Part shown: in pieces, positions 24,761 through 32,817 of the stretch
Layout: each line of letters starts with the position of its first letter
Position numbering within the stretch: position 1 is the first letter of the stretch
Assembly (NCBI GenBank): GCA_020628975.1
Contig: JAHDEF010000003.1
Span: 1-32,817 of the forward strand
Reading direction: 5' to 3'
Origin: Aquimarina sp.
GTDB lineage: Bacteria; Bacteroidota; Bacteroidia; Flavobacteriales; Flavobacteriaceae
DNA length: 32,817 bases
The notes under the pieces: generated by a model
Databases searched by the model: none
What the model was told of the DNA's origin: nothing
The model's input: only the letters and a program-made list of their open reading frames with translations
Made by a program: the position numbers and the translations under genes

Positions 24761-24914
24761 AGCGCTAAATAAAAAGACTTTTTGAAAAGTAATGTAAACG
24801 AAGGCTGAGCGGTAGTCGAAGCCTAAAGATATAATAGTAATCTAGTTTTATTCCGATTACGCTCGATGTAAGTTTATAGGTTAATTAACTTTTCAAAGTC
24901 TTTTACTTAGCGCT
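24761..24914. repeat. Nested ~154-nt imperfect palindrome (REPIN/MITE-like) between convergent genes
   Basis: Outer arms AGCGCTAAATAAAAAGACTTTTTGAAAAGT / ACTTTTCAAAGTCTTTTACTTAGCGCT; inner arms GAGCGGTAGTCGAA / TTCCGATTACGCTC. Confidence 0.7.
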
Positions 24915-24952
24915 CAATGGTTTTATAATTTTATGTTTTGGTTTGAATGGTA

Positions 24953-25576
24953 TTAGTGAGAAGTCAATATTTTTTTAAAATCACTTACTACAGCTTCTCC
25001 TTTATTTTTGTTATACCAACGTTGTAAATCTTCTTTAAATTCAGGTGTCAATTTCCCGTGTTCGGCTTTGTACTCTGCTACCAAAGCAGCTGCTTCGCTA
25101 GGTCGTGGCCCCCATTCGTAAATAATTTCCTTAGCATCTTTATCAAAAGCAATTAATTTAGGAATTGCGGCACCGCCATTAGTTAAAAATTGATTCATTA
25201 ATTCAGAATGCTCATCACGAAGCGCTAATCGAAGTTCAATAACATCGCTCAATTCTGCCATTTTATTTAAAACAGGAATGTTATGAGCAGCATCACCACA
25301 CCATGATTCTGTTAACACCAACCAAACTAAATTTTTGATTTGGTTAGAAATTATTTCTTTGATTTCGGTGTCTAGTTTTAAGGTTTTATTCCAGCGTTTC
25401 AACCTGCGATCATTAAGCATGGTAAAGTTAGCTAGGTCTTCATCATCAGGCGTGTTTCCTGAAGATTTATTCTGCGCAGCTAAATCAGCAGTAAGTTGCA
25501 CATATTCGTCGTAAGTCATCGAGGCATTTAAAGTAGCCTCAAAAAGAGATTGTGTATTGGTATCGGCGGTTTGCAT
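24953..25576 (-). CDS. Thioredoxin-fold protein (Thioredoxin_9-like, WCGD)
   Basis: WLVLTESWCGDAA, LRDEH..LM..FLTNGG.AIPKLI, WGPRP. Confidence 0.88.
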   Translation of the reverse strand: MQTADTNTQSLFEATLNASMTYDEYVQLTADLAAQNKSSGNTPDDEDLANFTMLNDRRLKRWNKTLKLDTEIKEIISNQIKNLVWLVLTESWCGDAAHNIPVLNKMAELSDVIELRLALRDEHSELMNQFLTNGGAAIPKLIAFDKDAKEIIYEWGPRPSEAAALVAEYKAEHGKLTPEFKEDLQRWYNKNKGEAVVSDFKKILTSH

Positions 25577-25678
25577 AAATGTATTCTTTAACTAAAATTG
25601 TTACCTAAAGTTAAGTCGTAATTTGTTAGAAATATTACAGATGCGAAATCATTTTGCAGCAGTATATTGTTGAGGTTA

Positions 25679-26440
25679 CTACTTTCTAAATTTTTCTAAA
25701 GCTTCTTTGGTGTGCGCTGATAGCACCAAGTTACCCGAAACAGCTGCACGTTCTTGTAATAATATTTCCCAGTGATCGGTACCTACCCATAAACTATTTT
25801 TCAAAGCTTTCATAGCTTCGGGATTGTAGTCTGAAAGTTTTTCTAGTAATTCAGTCAAGGCATCATCCATATCATTTATATTTTCGAAAACTTGCGAAAA
25901 CAACCCTTTGTATTTTGCCCAATAAGCATTTTGCCAATGCGTAGCATCAATACTTAGTTGACTCATTGCTGCAACACCAATTTTACGAGTCACAGCAGGC
26001 TCAATAACAAATGGGCCTATACCAATACTAATTTCGCTAAGTTTTACAGCAGCAGCCTCAGTAGCAAAAACGTAATCACAGGCGGCTAAAATACCTACAC
26101 CACCACCTACAGATTTACCTTGAGCTCTTCCGACAATTAATTTCGGGCATTTTCGCATAGCGTTTATTACGTGCGCAAAACCCATAAAAAAGCGTTGCCC
26201 TTCTTCTAAATTGCGAATGGCTAGTAATTCGGTTAAAGAAGCTCCGGCACAAAACGTTTTTTCACCTTCAGATTGTAACAAAATAACCTGTGTGTCGGGG
26301 TCGTTAGCCAATTGATCTATAGCTTTCGCAATTCTTCCTAATAATGATGAAGGTAAAGAGTTGCTTTGCGGATGACCGAATGTAATTTTTCCGATACCTT
26401 GTTCCGAAGTAATTAGTAAAGTTCCAATTTCAGAATTCAT
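25679..26440 (-). CDS. Enoyl-CoA hydratase/isomerase (crotonase; methylglutaconyl-CoA hydratase-like)
   Basis: TFCAGAS, GKSVGGGVGILAACD, LSEISIGIGP. Confidence 0.92.
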   Translation of the reverse strand: MNSEIGTLLITSEQGIGKITFGHPQSNSLPSSLLGRIAKAIDQLANDPDTQVILLQSEGEKTFCAGASLTELLAIRNLEEGQRFFMGFAHVINAMRKCPKLIVGRAQGKSVGGGVGILAACDYVFATEAAAVKLSEISIGIGPFVIEPAVTRKIGVAAMSQLSIDATHWQNAYWAKYKGLFSQVFENINDMDDALTELLEKLSDYNPEAMKALKNSLWVGTDHWEILLQERAAVSGNLVLSAHTKEALEKFRK

Positions 26441-26525
26441 AAAACATATTGTTTTCTATTTCAAAGAAACGTAAAAAGAGAATTTTATTCAAACCTTTAC
26501 CGAGAGAACTACTTTTTCTATGCAT

Positions 26526-27836
26526 CTAAATATCAGATAAAGCTGTTTTAAGATCATCTAATTGTTGCTTATCATTATTATTTAAAGGAAGTCGATTTTC
26601 ATTCAATAGGTTTATGTTTTCTAATGGATCATTTTCCAAATTGTATAAGGCTTCTGTATTGTCACCAAAAAGAATATATTTATGTGTCTTTGACCGTATT
26701 GCTTTAGTTACTGTTTCATTATTGGTTCCGATTTCTGAGTAATTATAAGATCTTGAATTTGCATTTTTTTCTGAAAAAGTAGTTTTAAAACTAATACTTT
26801 CATTCGTTTCAAATATACTACTACCTGTAGCTTCGGCAATGGTGGCAAATAAGTCTACGGTGTTGATAAGGCTATCATCCGTTGTATTTTTTTTAGTTAC
26901 TGCTCCTCCACTAACAATCAGAGGAACATGAATTCCTCCTTGAAAAATACTACCTTTTGTTCTTCTACTGTTATAAGCTTGCGATACGGTACTAGGTGTG
27001 CCGTTATCACCCACAAAGATAATTAATGTATTTTCTAATGTTTCTTTATCAAAGCTTTCAAGTAGCCTGCCGATTTCTTTATCCATAGCTTCGATCATAG
27101 CAAAATAGTATGGCCTAGGATTTGAATTTATACTGGCTTGGTCATTAGGTAAATTATTTCTATTGTGTAGATCATTAGGTGGAAGATGAAATGGAGTATG
27201 TGGCGTATTATGAGCTAACCATAAAAACCATGGTTGATCTTGTGTTTTAATCCAATCAATGGCTAAGTCAGTATATTTTGTGGTTGCATAAGAGGATTCG
27301 GGCGTATTTAATCCATTCACTGTAAGCGTCCAATCATTATAAGCACGCAGCCCACCAGGCAAAGAACCTGCATAATAATCTATTCCCATATCATTAGGGT
27401 GATTTGGGTCGTCTGACAAATGCCACTTTCCGATTACTGCGGTTTTATATGTACTAGATTGTTTAACAGTGTTTTGAATGCTGATTTCATTAGTGTTGAG
27501 TTGATCTCCGGCATTCAGCACATTAGTATTAAAGCCATACTTACCGGTTAAAATTCCTGCTCTAGTCGGCGAGCAAACAGGATTACTCCATGTATTTGTG
27601 TAGGTTATTCCATTTTGCTGAAGATTTGAAATTGTGGGCATGTTTGGTTTTTCATCACCTAATTCAAAACCAGGTGTTGCATCTATGCCCATGTCATCTG
27701 CGATAATTAATAGAACATTTGGAGTAGAAGAATTCAACGCCATAGTTTCTTTATCATTTTCGATGATTTCTTCGTTATTACTGCAACTTGTTAATAGCAA
27801 TAGAAGAGAAATAAATGTAAATGTCAATTTTTTCAT
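26526..27836 (-). CDS. Formylglycine-dependent (S1) sulfatase, lipoprotein
   Basis: Lipobox LTS-C; PNVLLIIADDMG, CSPTRAGILTG, GKWHL, PHTPFH, GDNGTP, LYNLENDPLE. Confidence 0.93.
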   Translation of the reverse strand: MKKLTFTFISLLLLLTSCSNNEEIIENDKETMALNSSTPNVLLIIADDMGIDATPGFELGDEKPNMPTISNLQQNGITYTNTWSNPVCSPTRAGILTGKYGFNTNVLNAGDQLNTNEISIQNTVKQSSTYKTAVIGKWHLSDDPNHPNDMGIDYYAGSLPGGLRAYNDWTLTVNGLNTPESSYATTKYTDLAIDWIKTQDQPWFLWLAHNTPHTPFHLPPNDLHNRNNLPNDQASINSNPRPYYFAMIEAMDKEIGRLLESFDKETLENTLIIFVGDNGTPSTVSQAYNSRRTKGSIFQGGIHVPLIVSGGAVTKKNTTDDSLINTVDLFATIAEATGSSIFETNESISFKTTFSEKNANSRSYNYSEIGTNNETVTKAIRSKTHKYILFGDNTEALYNLENDPLENINLLNENRLPLNNNDKQQLDDLKTALSDI

Positions 27837-27963
27837 AATACCATAAATTAATTAGTTGTTTATCTCAGGTATATCTCTTTTACCAGAGATGCTTATACGA
27901 ATCTCAACAAAAGGAGTTATAAAAAGATAAATTGCTTTCCTGTAAAGGGGGTATAATTTATTT

Positions 27964-27989
27964 AGACTTTATTTAGTGAAAAAGGTTTA
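27964..27989 (-). promoter_or_regulatory. ECF-type promoter upstream of the sulfatase
   Basis: TAAACC-tttttcactaaataa(15)-AGTCT on the minus strand; overlapped by inverted repeat TTTAGACT(27961-68)/AGTCTAAA(27993-28000). Confidence 0.45.
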
Positions 27990-28143
27990 ATGAGTCTAAA
28001 AATTTATGCAAAATGAATACAATAACAAATCTACCGTTTAGTGATATCTGTATTCGTTTATAGAGATTTATTTTAGCATCGTAGCTACGTTATTTACAAC
28101 TACAAAATGTGTAAGAAAAGGCAATAGGTCTGAAAAGAAGCGG

Positions 28144-28151
28144 TATCTTTG
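28144..28151 (+). promoter_or_regulatory. -7 box for the pfkB-purF operon
   Basis: TATCTTTGC 20 nt upstream of ATG28172. Confidence 0.65.
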
Positions 28152-28171
28152 CGGTAAATTATACACTTTTT

Positions 28172-29098
28172 ATGAGTAAACTACTTATAGTAGGAACGGT
28201 TGCTTTCGATGCTATTGAAACCCCGTTTGGTAAAACTGATAAAATTTTAGGTGGTGCCGCTACCTACATAGGTTTGTCAGCCTCTCATTTCAATGTCCCA
28301 GCAGCAATTGTATCGGTTGTAGGCGACGATTTTCCACAAGAATATTTAAACTTATTGGCTTCAAAAAATATAGACCTATCAGGTTTAGAAATTGTTGAAG
28401 GAGGAAAAACTTTTTTTTGGAGTGGACGCTATCATAATGACATGAATAGTAGAGATACTTTAGATACACAGTTAAATGTGTTAGAAACATTTAGCCCTAA
28501 AGTTCCTGAAAACTTCAAAGATGCTGAGGTGGTTATGTTAGGTAATTTACATCCTTTGGTGCAATTGTCTGTAATAGAACAGATGCGTGAACGACCAAAA
28601 TTAGTGGTGCTAGATACCATGAATTTTTGGATGGATGTGGCGCTTGACGATCTCAAAAAAGTGATTGCTAAAGTAGATGTTATTACGATTAATGACGAAG
28701 AAGCCCGACAATTAAGTGGTGAATATTCATTGGTAAAAGCTGCTAAAGTAATTTCTGAAATGGGACCTAAATACGTAGTCATTAAAAAAGGAGAGCATGG
28801 CGCTTTAATTTTTGAAGATGAAAACATATTTTTTGCACCAGCACTACCTTTAGAAGAAGTATTTGACCCTACGGGGGCAGGCGATACATTTGCAGGCGGT
28901 TTTTCAGGTTTTTTAGCAGCTACAGAAGATTACAGCTTCGAGAATATGAAAACAGCTATTGTTCAAGGGTCTAATTTAGCTTCATTTTGTGTAGAAAAGT
29001 TCGGAACAGAACGTATGCAAAAGTTAACAAGAGATGAAGTAAGAATGCGCTTGATGCAGTTTAAAGCATTGACACAGTTTGATATTGATTTGCAATAA
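28172..29098 (+). CDS. PfkB/ribokinase-family carbohydrate or nucleoside kinase
   Basis: GTVAFD, LGGAA, INDEEA, KKGEHG, DPTGAGDTFAGGF. Confidence 0.93.
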   Translation: MSKLLIVGTVAFDAIETPFGKTDKILGGAATYIGLSASHFNVPAAIVSVVGDDFPQEYLNLLASKNIDLSGLEIVEGGKTFFWSGRYHNDMNSRDTLDTQLNVLETFSPKVPENFKDAEVVMLGNLHPLVQLSVIEQMRERPKLVVLDTMNFWMDVALDDLKKVIAKVDVITINDEEARQLSGEYSLVKAAKVISEMGPKYVVIKKGEHGALIFEDENIFFAPALPLEEVFDPTGAGDTFAGGFSGFLAATEDYSFENMKTAIVQGSNLASFCVEKFGTERMQKLTRDEVRMRLMQFKALTQFDIDLQ

Positions 29099-29141
29099 TT
29101 TTAGTAATTTAATTACCAATTAACAAGGAGGAATAAGATCT

Positions 29142-31040
29142 ATGAGTGATGCGATAAAACATGAATGCGGTATAGCATTTGTTCGTCTTCTAAAGCCTTT
29201 AGAATACTATAAAGAAAAGTACGGCACAGCATTTTACGGACTGAATAAAATGTACCTGTTGATGGAGAAACAGCATAATCGTGGTCAAGACGGTGCTGGT
29301 TTAGCAAGTATTAAGCTAAATATGGAACCAGGTCAGCGTTATATTAGTCGTGTGCGCTCGAATGAAACAACGCCTATTCAAGACATTTTCAAGCAAATAA
29401 ACGGCAGCATTAATGAGAAAATGACTAGCCCTAATGCTAAGGCAGATGATGTACAGTGGGTAAAAGAAAACGTATCCTATGTAGGAGAAGTTTTTCTGGG
29501 TCATGTACGTTACGGAACTCATGGGAAAAATTCATTAGAAAGTGTACATCCGTTTTTACGCCAAAATAACTGGATGCATCGTAATCTTATTGTTGCAGGT
29601 AATTTCAACATGACCAACAATAATGTGTTGTTCGATAACTTGGTTAAACTAGGTCAACATCCAAAAGAGAATGTGGACACGGTAACGGTCATGGAAAAAA
29701 TAGGTCACTTTTTAGATGGCGAGGTTTCTAAATTATATAAAAAATTAAAAAAAGAAGGCTATTCTAAAGTTACCGCTTCACCTGAAATCGTAAAACGATT
29801 AAACGTAGCTAAAATTTTAAAGAAAGCTTCCAAACGATGGGATGGGGGATATGCTATGGCAGGAATGCTAGGACATGGTGATGCATTCGTTTTGAGAGAT
29901 CCTGCGGGTATTCGTCCGGCTTACTATTACAAAGATGATGAAGTAGTAGTGGTAGCATCTGAACGTCCCGTAATTCAAACGGTTTTTAATGTACCCATTG
30001 AAGAAGTAAAAGAATTGGAGCCTGGTAATGCTATTATTACTAAAAAAGATGGACAAATGTCTATTGAAAGTATTATAGAACCTTTAGAAAGAAAAGCTTG
30101 TTCTTTTGAGCGTATTTATTTTTCTAGAGGAAGTGATGCTAAAATTTATGAAGAACGAAAAGAATTGGGCCGTTTAGTGATGCCACAAGTACTTAAGGAA
30201 ATTAATCACGACACCAAGAATTCAGTGTTTTCATTTATTCCGAATACTGCTGAAACTTCTTTTTATGGTTTGGTTGAAGCAGCTCAAGATGAGCTAAACA
30301 AACAAAAAGGCGATCAAATTCTAAAAGAAAAAGAAAACCTTTCTGATGAGCGTCTTATAGAAATTTTATCACATAAAATTCGTACAGAAAAAATTGCTAT
30401 CAAAGATGCTAAACTAAGAACTTTTATTACGGAAGATAGTAGTCGCGATGACTTAGTGGCTCATGTTTACGATGTAACTTATGGTGTGGTAAAGTCTGAT
30501 GATAACTTAGTGATTATTGACGATAGTATTGTTCGTGGTACTACGTTAAAAAAGAGTATCATTAAAATGATGGATCGCTTAAATCCTAAAAAGATAGTAG
30601 TGGTTTCTTCTGCACCTCAAATCCGTTTTCCTGATTGTTATGGTATTGATATGGCCAAAATGGAAGGACTTATTGCTTTTAAAGCAGCTTTAGAATTACT
30701 GAAAGACACGAATAATTACGGATTAGTAGATGAGGTATACAAGAAATGTAAATCGCAAGTTGGTTTAGAAGATGCTAAAGTGGTAAACTATGTAAATGAA
30801 ATTTACGCTGGTTTTACCGATCAAGAAATCAGCAATAAAATAGCAGAGTTACTTACTGAAGATGACGTAAAAGCTGAGGTTAAAATTATCTATCAAACAG
30901 TTGATAATTTACATAAAGCCTGTCCTGAAAATTTAGGCGATTGGTATTTTACGGGAGATTATCCTACACCAGGAGGTAATCGAGTAGTAAATAAAGCTTT
31001 CATTAACTTTTATGAGGGTAATGATGCTAGAGCATATTAA
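29142..31040 (+). CDS. purF: Amidophosphoribosyltransferase
   Basis: Propeptide + HE-CG N-terminal nucleophile, QHNRGQDGAG, GHVRYGT, RDPAGIRP, CSFERIYFSR, PRPP loop IIDDSIVRGTT, YGIDM. Confidence 0.95.
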   Translation: MSDAIKHECGIAFVRLLKPLEYYKEKYGTAFYGLNKMYLLMEKQHNRGQDGAGLASIKLNMEPGQRYISRVRSNETTPIQDIFKQINGSINEKMTSPNAKADDVQWVKENVSYVGEVFLGHVRYGTHGKNSLESVHPFLRQNNWMHRNLIVAGNFNMTNNNVLFDNLVKLGQHPKENVDTVTVMEKIGHFLDGEVSKLYKKLKKEGYSKVTASPEIVKRLNVAKILKKASKRWDGGYAMAGMLGHGDAFVLRDPAGIRPAYYYKDDEVVVVASERPVIQTVFNVPIEEVKELEPGNAIITKKDGQMSIESIIEPLERKACSFERIYFSRGSDAKIYEERKELGRLVMPQVLKEINHDTKNSVFSFIPNTAETSFYGLVEAAQDELNKQKGDQILKEKENLSDERLIEILSHKIRTEKIAIKDAKLRTFITEDSSRDDLVAHVYDVTYGVVKSDDNLVIIDDSIVRGTTLKKSIIKMMDRLNPKKIVVVSSAPQIRFPDCYGIDMAKMEGLIAFKAALELLKDTNNYGLVDEVYKKCKSQVGLEDAKVVNYVNEIYAGFTDQEISNKIAELLTEDDVKAEVKIIYQTVDNLHKACPENLGDWYFTGDYPTPGGNRVVNKAFINFYEGNDARAY

Positions 31041-31159
31041 CAATATGGTATATTTTATGCAAATAAATTGTTAAAAATCAAGTATTTAGCACTTTAACTA
31101 ATATATAAGTCATTCGTCTAATATCTTTTAGATATTGATAAATGCATTTTATATTTACA

Positions 31160-31234
31160 CTACCATAACATAAGTAGGTTAAGTTCATGGTAGATTTGGG
31201 GCAAAAAGGGTATGTGAAAACATACCTTTTTTTT
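31160..31234 (+). ncRNA. Candidate small RNA (hairpin - AUUUGGGG - terminator)
   Basis: TATATTTA -7-like box (31150-57); stem CTACCAT/ATGGTAG; single-stranded ATTTGGGGC; terminator GGGTATGT-GAAA-ACATACCT with T-tract. Confidence 0.55.
31203..31234 (+). terminator. Intrinsic terminator with GAAA tetraloop
   Basis: AAAAAGGGTATGT-GAAA-ACATACCTTTTTTTT; the G-U pair favours the plus strand. Confidence 0.85.
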
Positions 31235-31324
31235 GTGCTAATTTTACTAATGCTTGTTACGGAGCAACCTGAAAACTTTTGGACTAAGGATTAAGTTGGG
31301 AATTAGTGGACAAGTAAAGTTGCC

Positions 31325-31349
31325 GTTATTTCCACGTAGGTGGAAATCC
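31325..31349. repeat. REP-like palindrome
   Basis: GTT-ATTTCCAC-GTAG-GTGGAAAT-CC; perfect 8-bp stem resembling GTCATTCCCGCGNAGGCGGGAATCC-type repeats. Confidence 0.5.
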
Positions 31350-31519
31350 CCTAAACTAAATTTATTATTTTCCATTTAAAGAATGATTTTCAATTCCTAG
31401 CGAAGGAGACCCAACTATAATTTTTTTAAAATTCGTGGTGATATACAAATACGAACATAATATTGCACATGTTTTTAGCTTGATCTGTCACTATGCGAAA
31501 TTTTTATAAAAAAATTGTA

Positions 31520-32392
31520 TCAATCATTTAAGATGAACTTTACAGGTTGAGTTTGCTCATTTATCACTACAATAACGATATACACCCCTGACACCAAATT
31601 TTCGTTAAGCACCTTCTGACCCTGAGCATTAAACACACGTGTAATATTTCCTTGACTACTTTTAATTTTTCCTTTTGAAGAGAATAGTCTTAGCATGTCA
31701 AGTTTTTCTTTCAAATTATTATTACTAAGTGTGATGTTGTTGTTGGTAGCGTTAACTTCTCCAAAAGAACTATTAAAAGCTGATGCAGAAAAGCTAGAAG
31801 TCATATTCGTGCCATTTGAGTCAAAAATTTCAGTTCTAGTCGGACTTCCCCCTGTGTAAACGGTAAATATTTCATTATTGAAAGTATCTCTAAACAACAA
31901 ATAAGGTTCTGAAATAGGAAAATCATTCGAGAAGCTCAACGATATGCCCCCTAGTTGAGTGGCATAAGATGTTGCCGTCGCATCAGCTAAGGAATCAGGT
32001 ATTAGAATTGCATCATATACAGATGTAAAAACAGAAGTATCATCTATTTGTCCATTATCATCCGTATCCAAATCATCTCCTAAATTACCAGAAAATGACG
32101 CTGCCAAAATCACGGTGAAACTTGGGTTTTCAAAATCGGGAACTGAAACTACAAGCAAGCCATTCGCATCAAAATTGCCTGTAACAGCAGTCAGCCTATC
32201 CACGTTGCCGTCAGCTCCGTCAGAATCTATAGAAACTACAACTCCTGAAAACGAAGCTCCAGGACTTCCTTTTATTTCCATACTAACGCTAGAAGGATCA
32301 CTACCCAATGGATTGGGCTCAAATTCATTAATAAGCTGTGCATTCATTGTAAAAGTTAAAATGCTCGCAAGTAGTAATAAGTGATTTTTCAT
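31520..32392 (-). CDS. Small secreted T9SS type-A cargo protein (LTD-like INE motif, DxDxDG-type Ca2+ loop)
   Basis: Signal peptide ending MNA-Q; LINEFEPNP.GSD; DLDTDDNGQID; Lys-rich CTD VFNAQGQKV...SGVYIV...VKFIL. Confidence 0.75.
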   Translation of the reverse strand: MKNHLLLLASILTFTMNAQLINEFEPNPLGSDPSSVSMEIKGSPGASFSGVVVSIDSDGADGNVDRLTAVTGNFDANGLLVVSVPDFENPSFTVILAASFSGNLGDDLDTDDNGQIDDTSVFTSVYDAILIPDSLADATATSYATQLGGISLSFSNDFPISEPYLLFRDTFNNEIFTVYTGGSPTRTEIFDSNGTNMTSSFSASAFNSSFGEVNATNNNITLSNNNLKEKLDMLRLFSSKGKIKSSQGNITRVFNAQGQKVLNENLVSGVYIVIVVINEQTQPVKFILND

Positions 32393-32733
32393 AATTAAAA
32401 ATTTGATATGTAAATAAAACTCGTTTTAGGGAATGTTTCATTTATATCGCGTTAAAAAATCTATACACAATCCGTTAATAAACATTAAAAATAATATCAA
32501 TATTCAAATAAACAAACTATAAGCATAACGTTATTAAAAATAATTTTATTATTTGTATAGAATTGTGTGTGGATTAGTATTGATTTACTACACAGAACTG
32601 CAAAAATTATATTTGTGAACAGTCGAAAATAGTTTCCTTTTACTATGTATGCTTTAAAAAAAGAGATGAATTACAAGACTTTCAAAGTATACTTTTTGTA
32701 GTTCATTATGCGTTAACTTATTAGTATTATCGA

Positions 32734-32741
32734 TACATTTG
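32734..32741 (+). promoter_or_regulatory. -7 box for ftsX
   Basis: TACATTTG 24 nt upstream of ATG32766. Confidence 0.6.
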
Positions 32742-32765
32742 TCAAGCGTAGTTTCAGATCAATTT

Positions 32766-32817
32766 ATGGCTTCAAAATTTGAAAAATATTATAAACGGAG
32801 GTTGCTTTCTTCCTACT
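32766..32817 (+). CDS. ftsX: Start of cell-division permease FtsX (3'-truncated by the window edge)
   Basis: MASKFEKYYKRRLLSSY resembles the flavobacterial FtsX N-terminus (recognised from memory). Only 17 codons are visible and it is absent from the ORF track. Confidence 0.65.
   Translation, partial: MASKFEKYYKRRLLSSY

Noticed and set aside
31285-31420. Cobalamin riboswitch (GGGAA ... CAACT.TAA resemblance)
   Set aside because: Core elements and spacing do not fit, and no plus-strand gene lies downstream to regulate.
16341-32384. Other small overlapping ORFs (16341, 18270, 19447, 19819, 21260, 22369, 23716, 27634, 28290, 28432, 29316, 29868, 32115)
   Set aside because: All lie antisense to well-supported genes and lack family motifs.
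32666-32701. Short ORF MNYKTFKVYFL upstream of ftsX
   Set aside because: Only 11 codons, with no supporting signal beyond a nearby TATATTTG.
1-32817. CRISPR array, tRNA/rRNA, transposase, prophage or defence genes
   Set aside because: No regularly spaced direct repeats, cloverleaf folds or diagnostic protein motifs were seen.

Overview
AT-rich Bacteroidota (Flavobacteriaceae-like) chromosomal window, inferred from T9SS cargo genes, TAnnTTTG promoter boxes and gene content. It opens inside a giant (>3,900 aa, 5'-truncated) SprB-like adhesin with a type-B T9SS C-terminal domain. Next come a PorP/SprF partner, a malectin-Kelch T9SS protein, an orphan ABC ATPase, and an ECF sigma/beta-barrel anti-sigma pair divergent from a Cys-rich lipoprotein. 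The rest is mostly housekeeping: asd, BON-LysM, gpsA, dprA, HU-like/SPOR, thioesterase, thioredoxin-like, crotonase, sulfatase, PfkB kinase, purF, a small T9SS protein and the start of ftsX. No rRNA, tRNA, CRISPR or transposase was seen. The most notable unannotated signals are three candidate intergenic small RNAs (two share a UUUGGGG motif), three equally spaced ECF-type promoters, a nested REPIN/MITE-like palindrome, a ~1,360-aa super-repeat in the adhesin, and near-total lysine exclusion from T9SS passenger domains. All structures were found by eye; no searches or folding programs were run.
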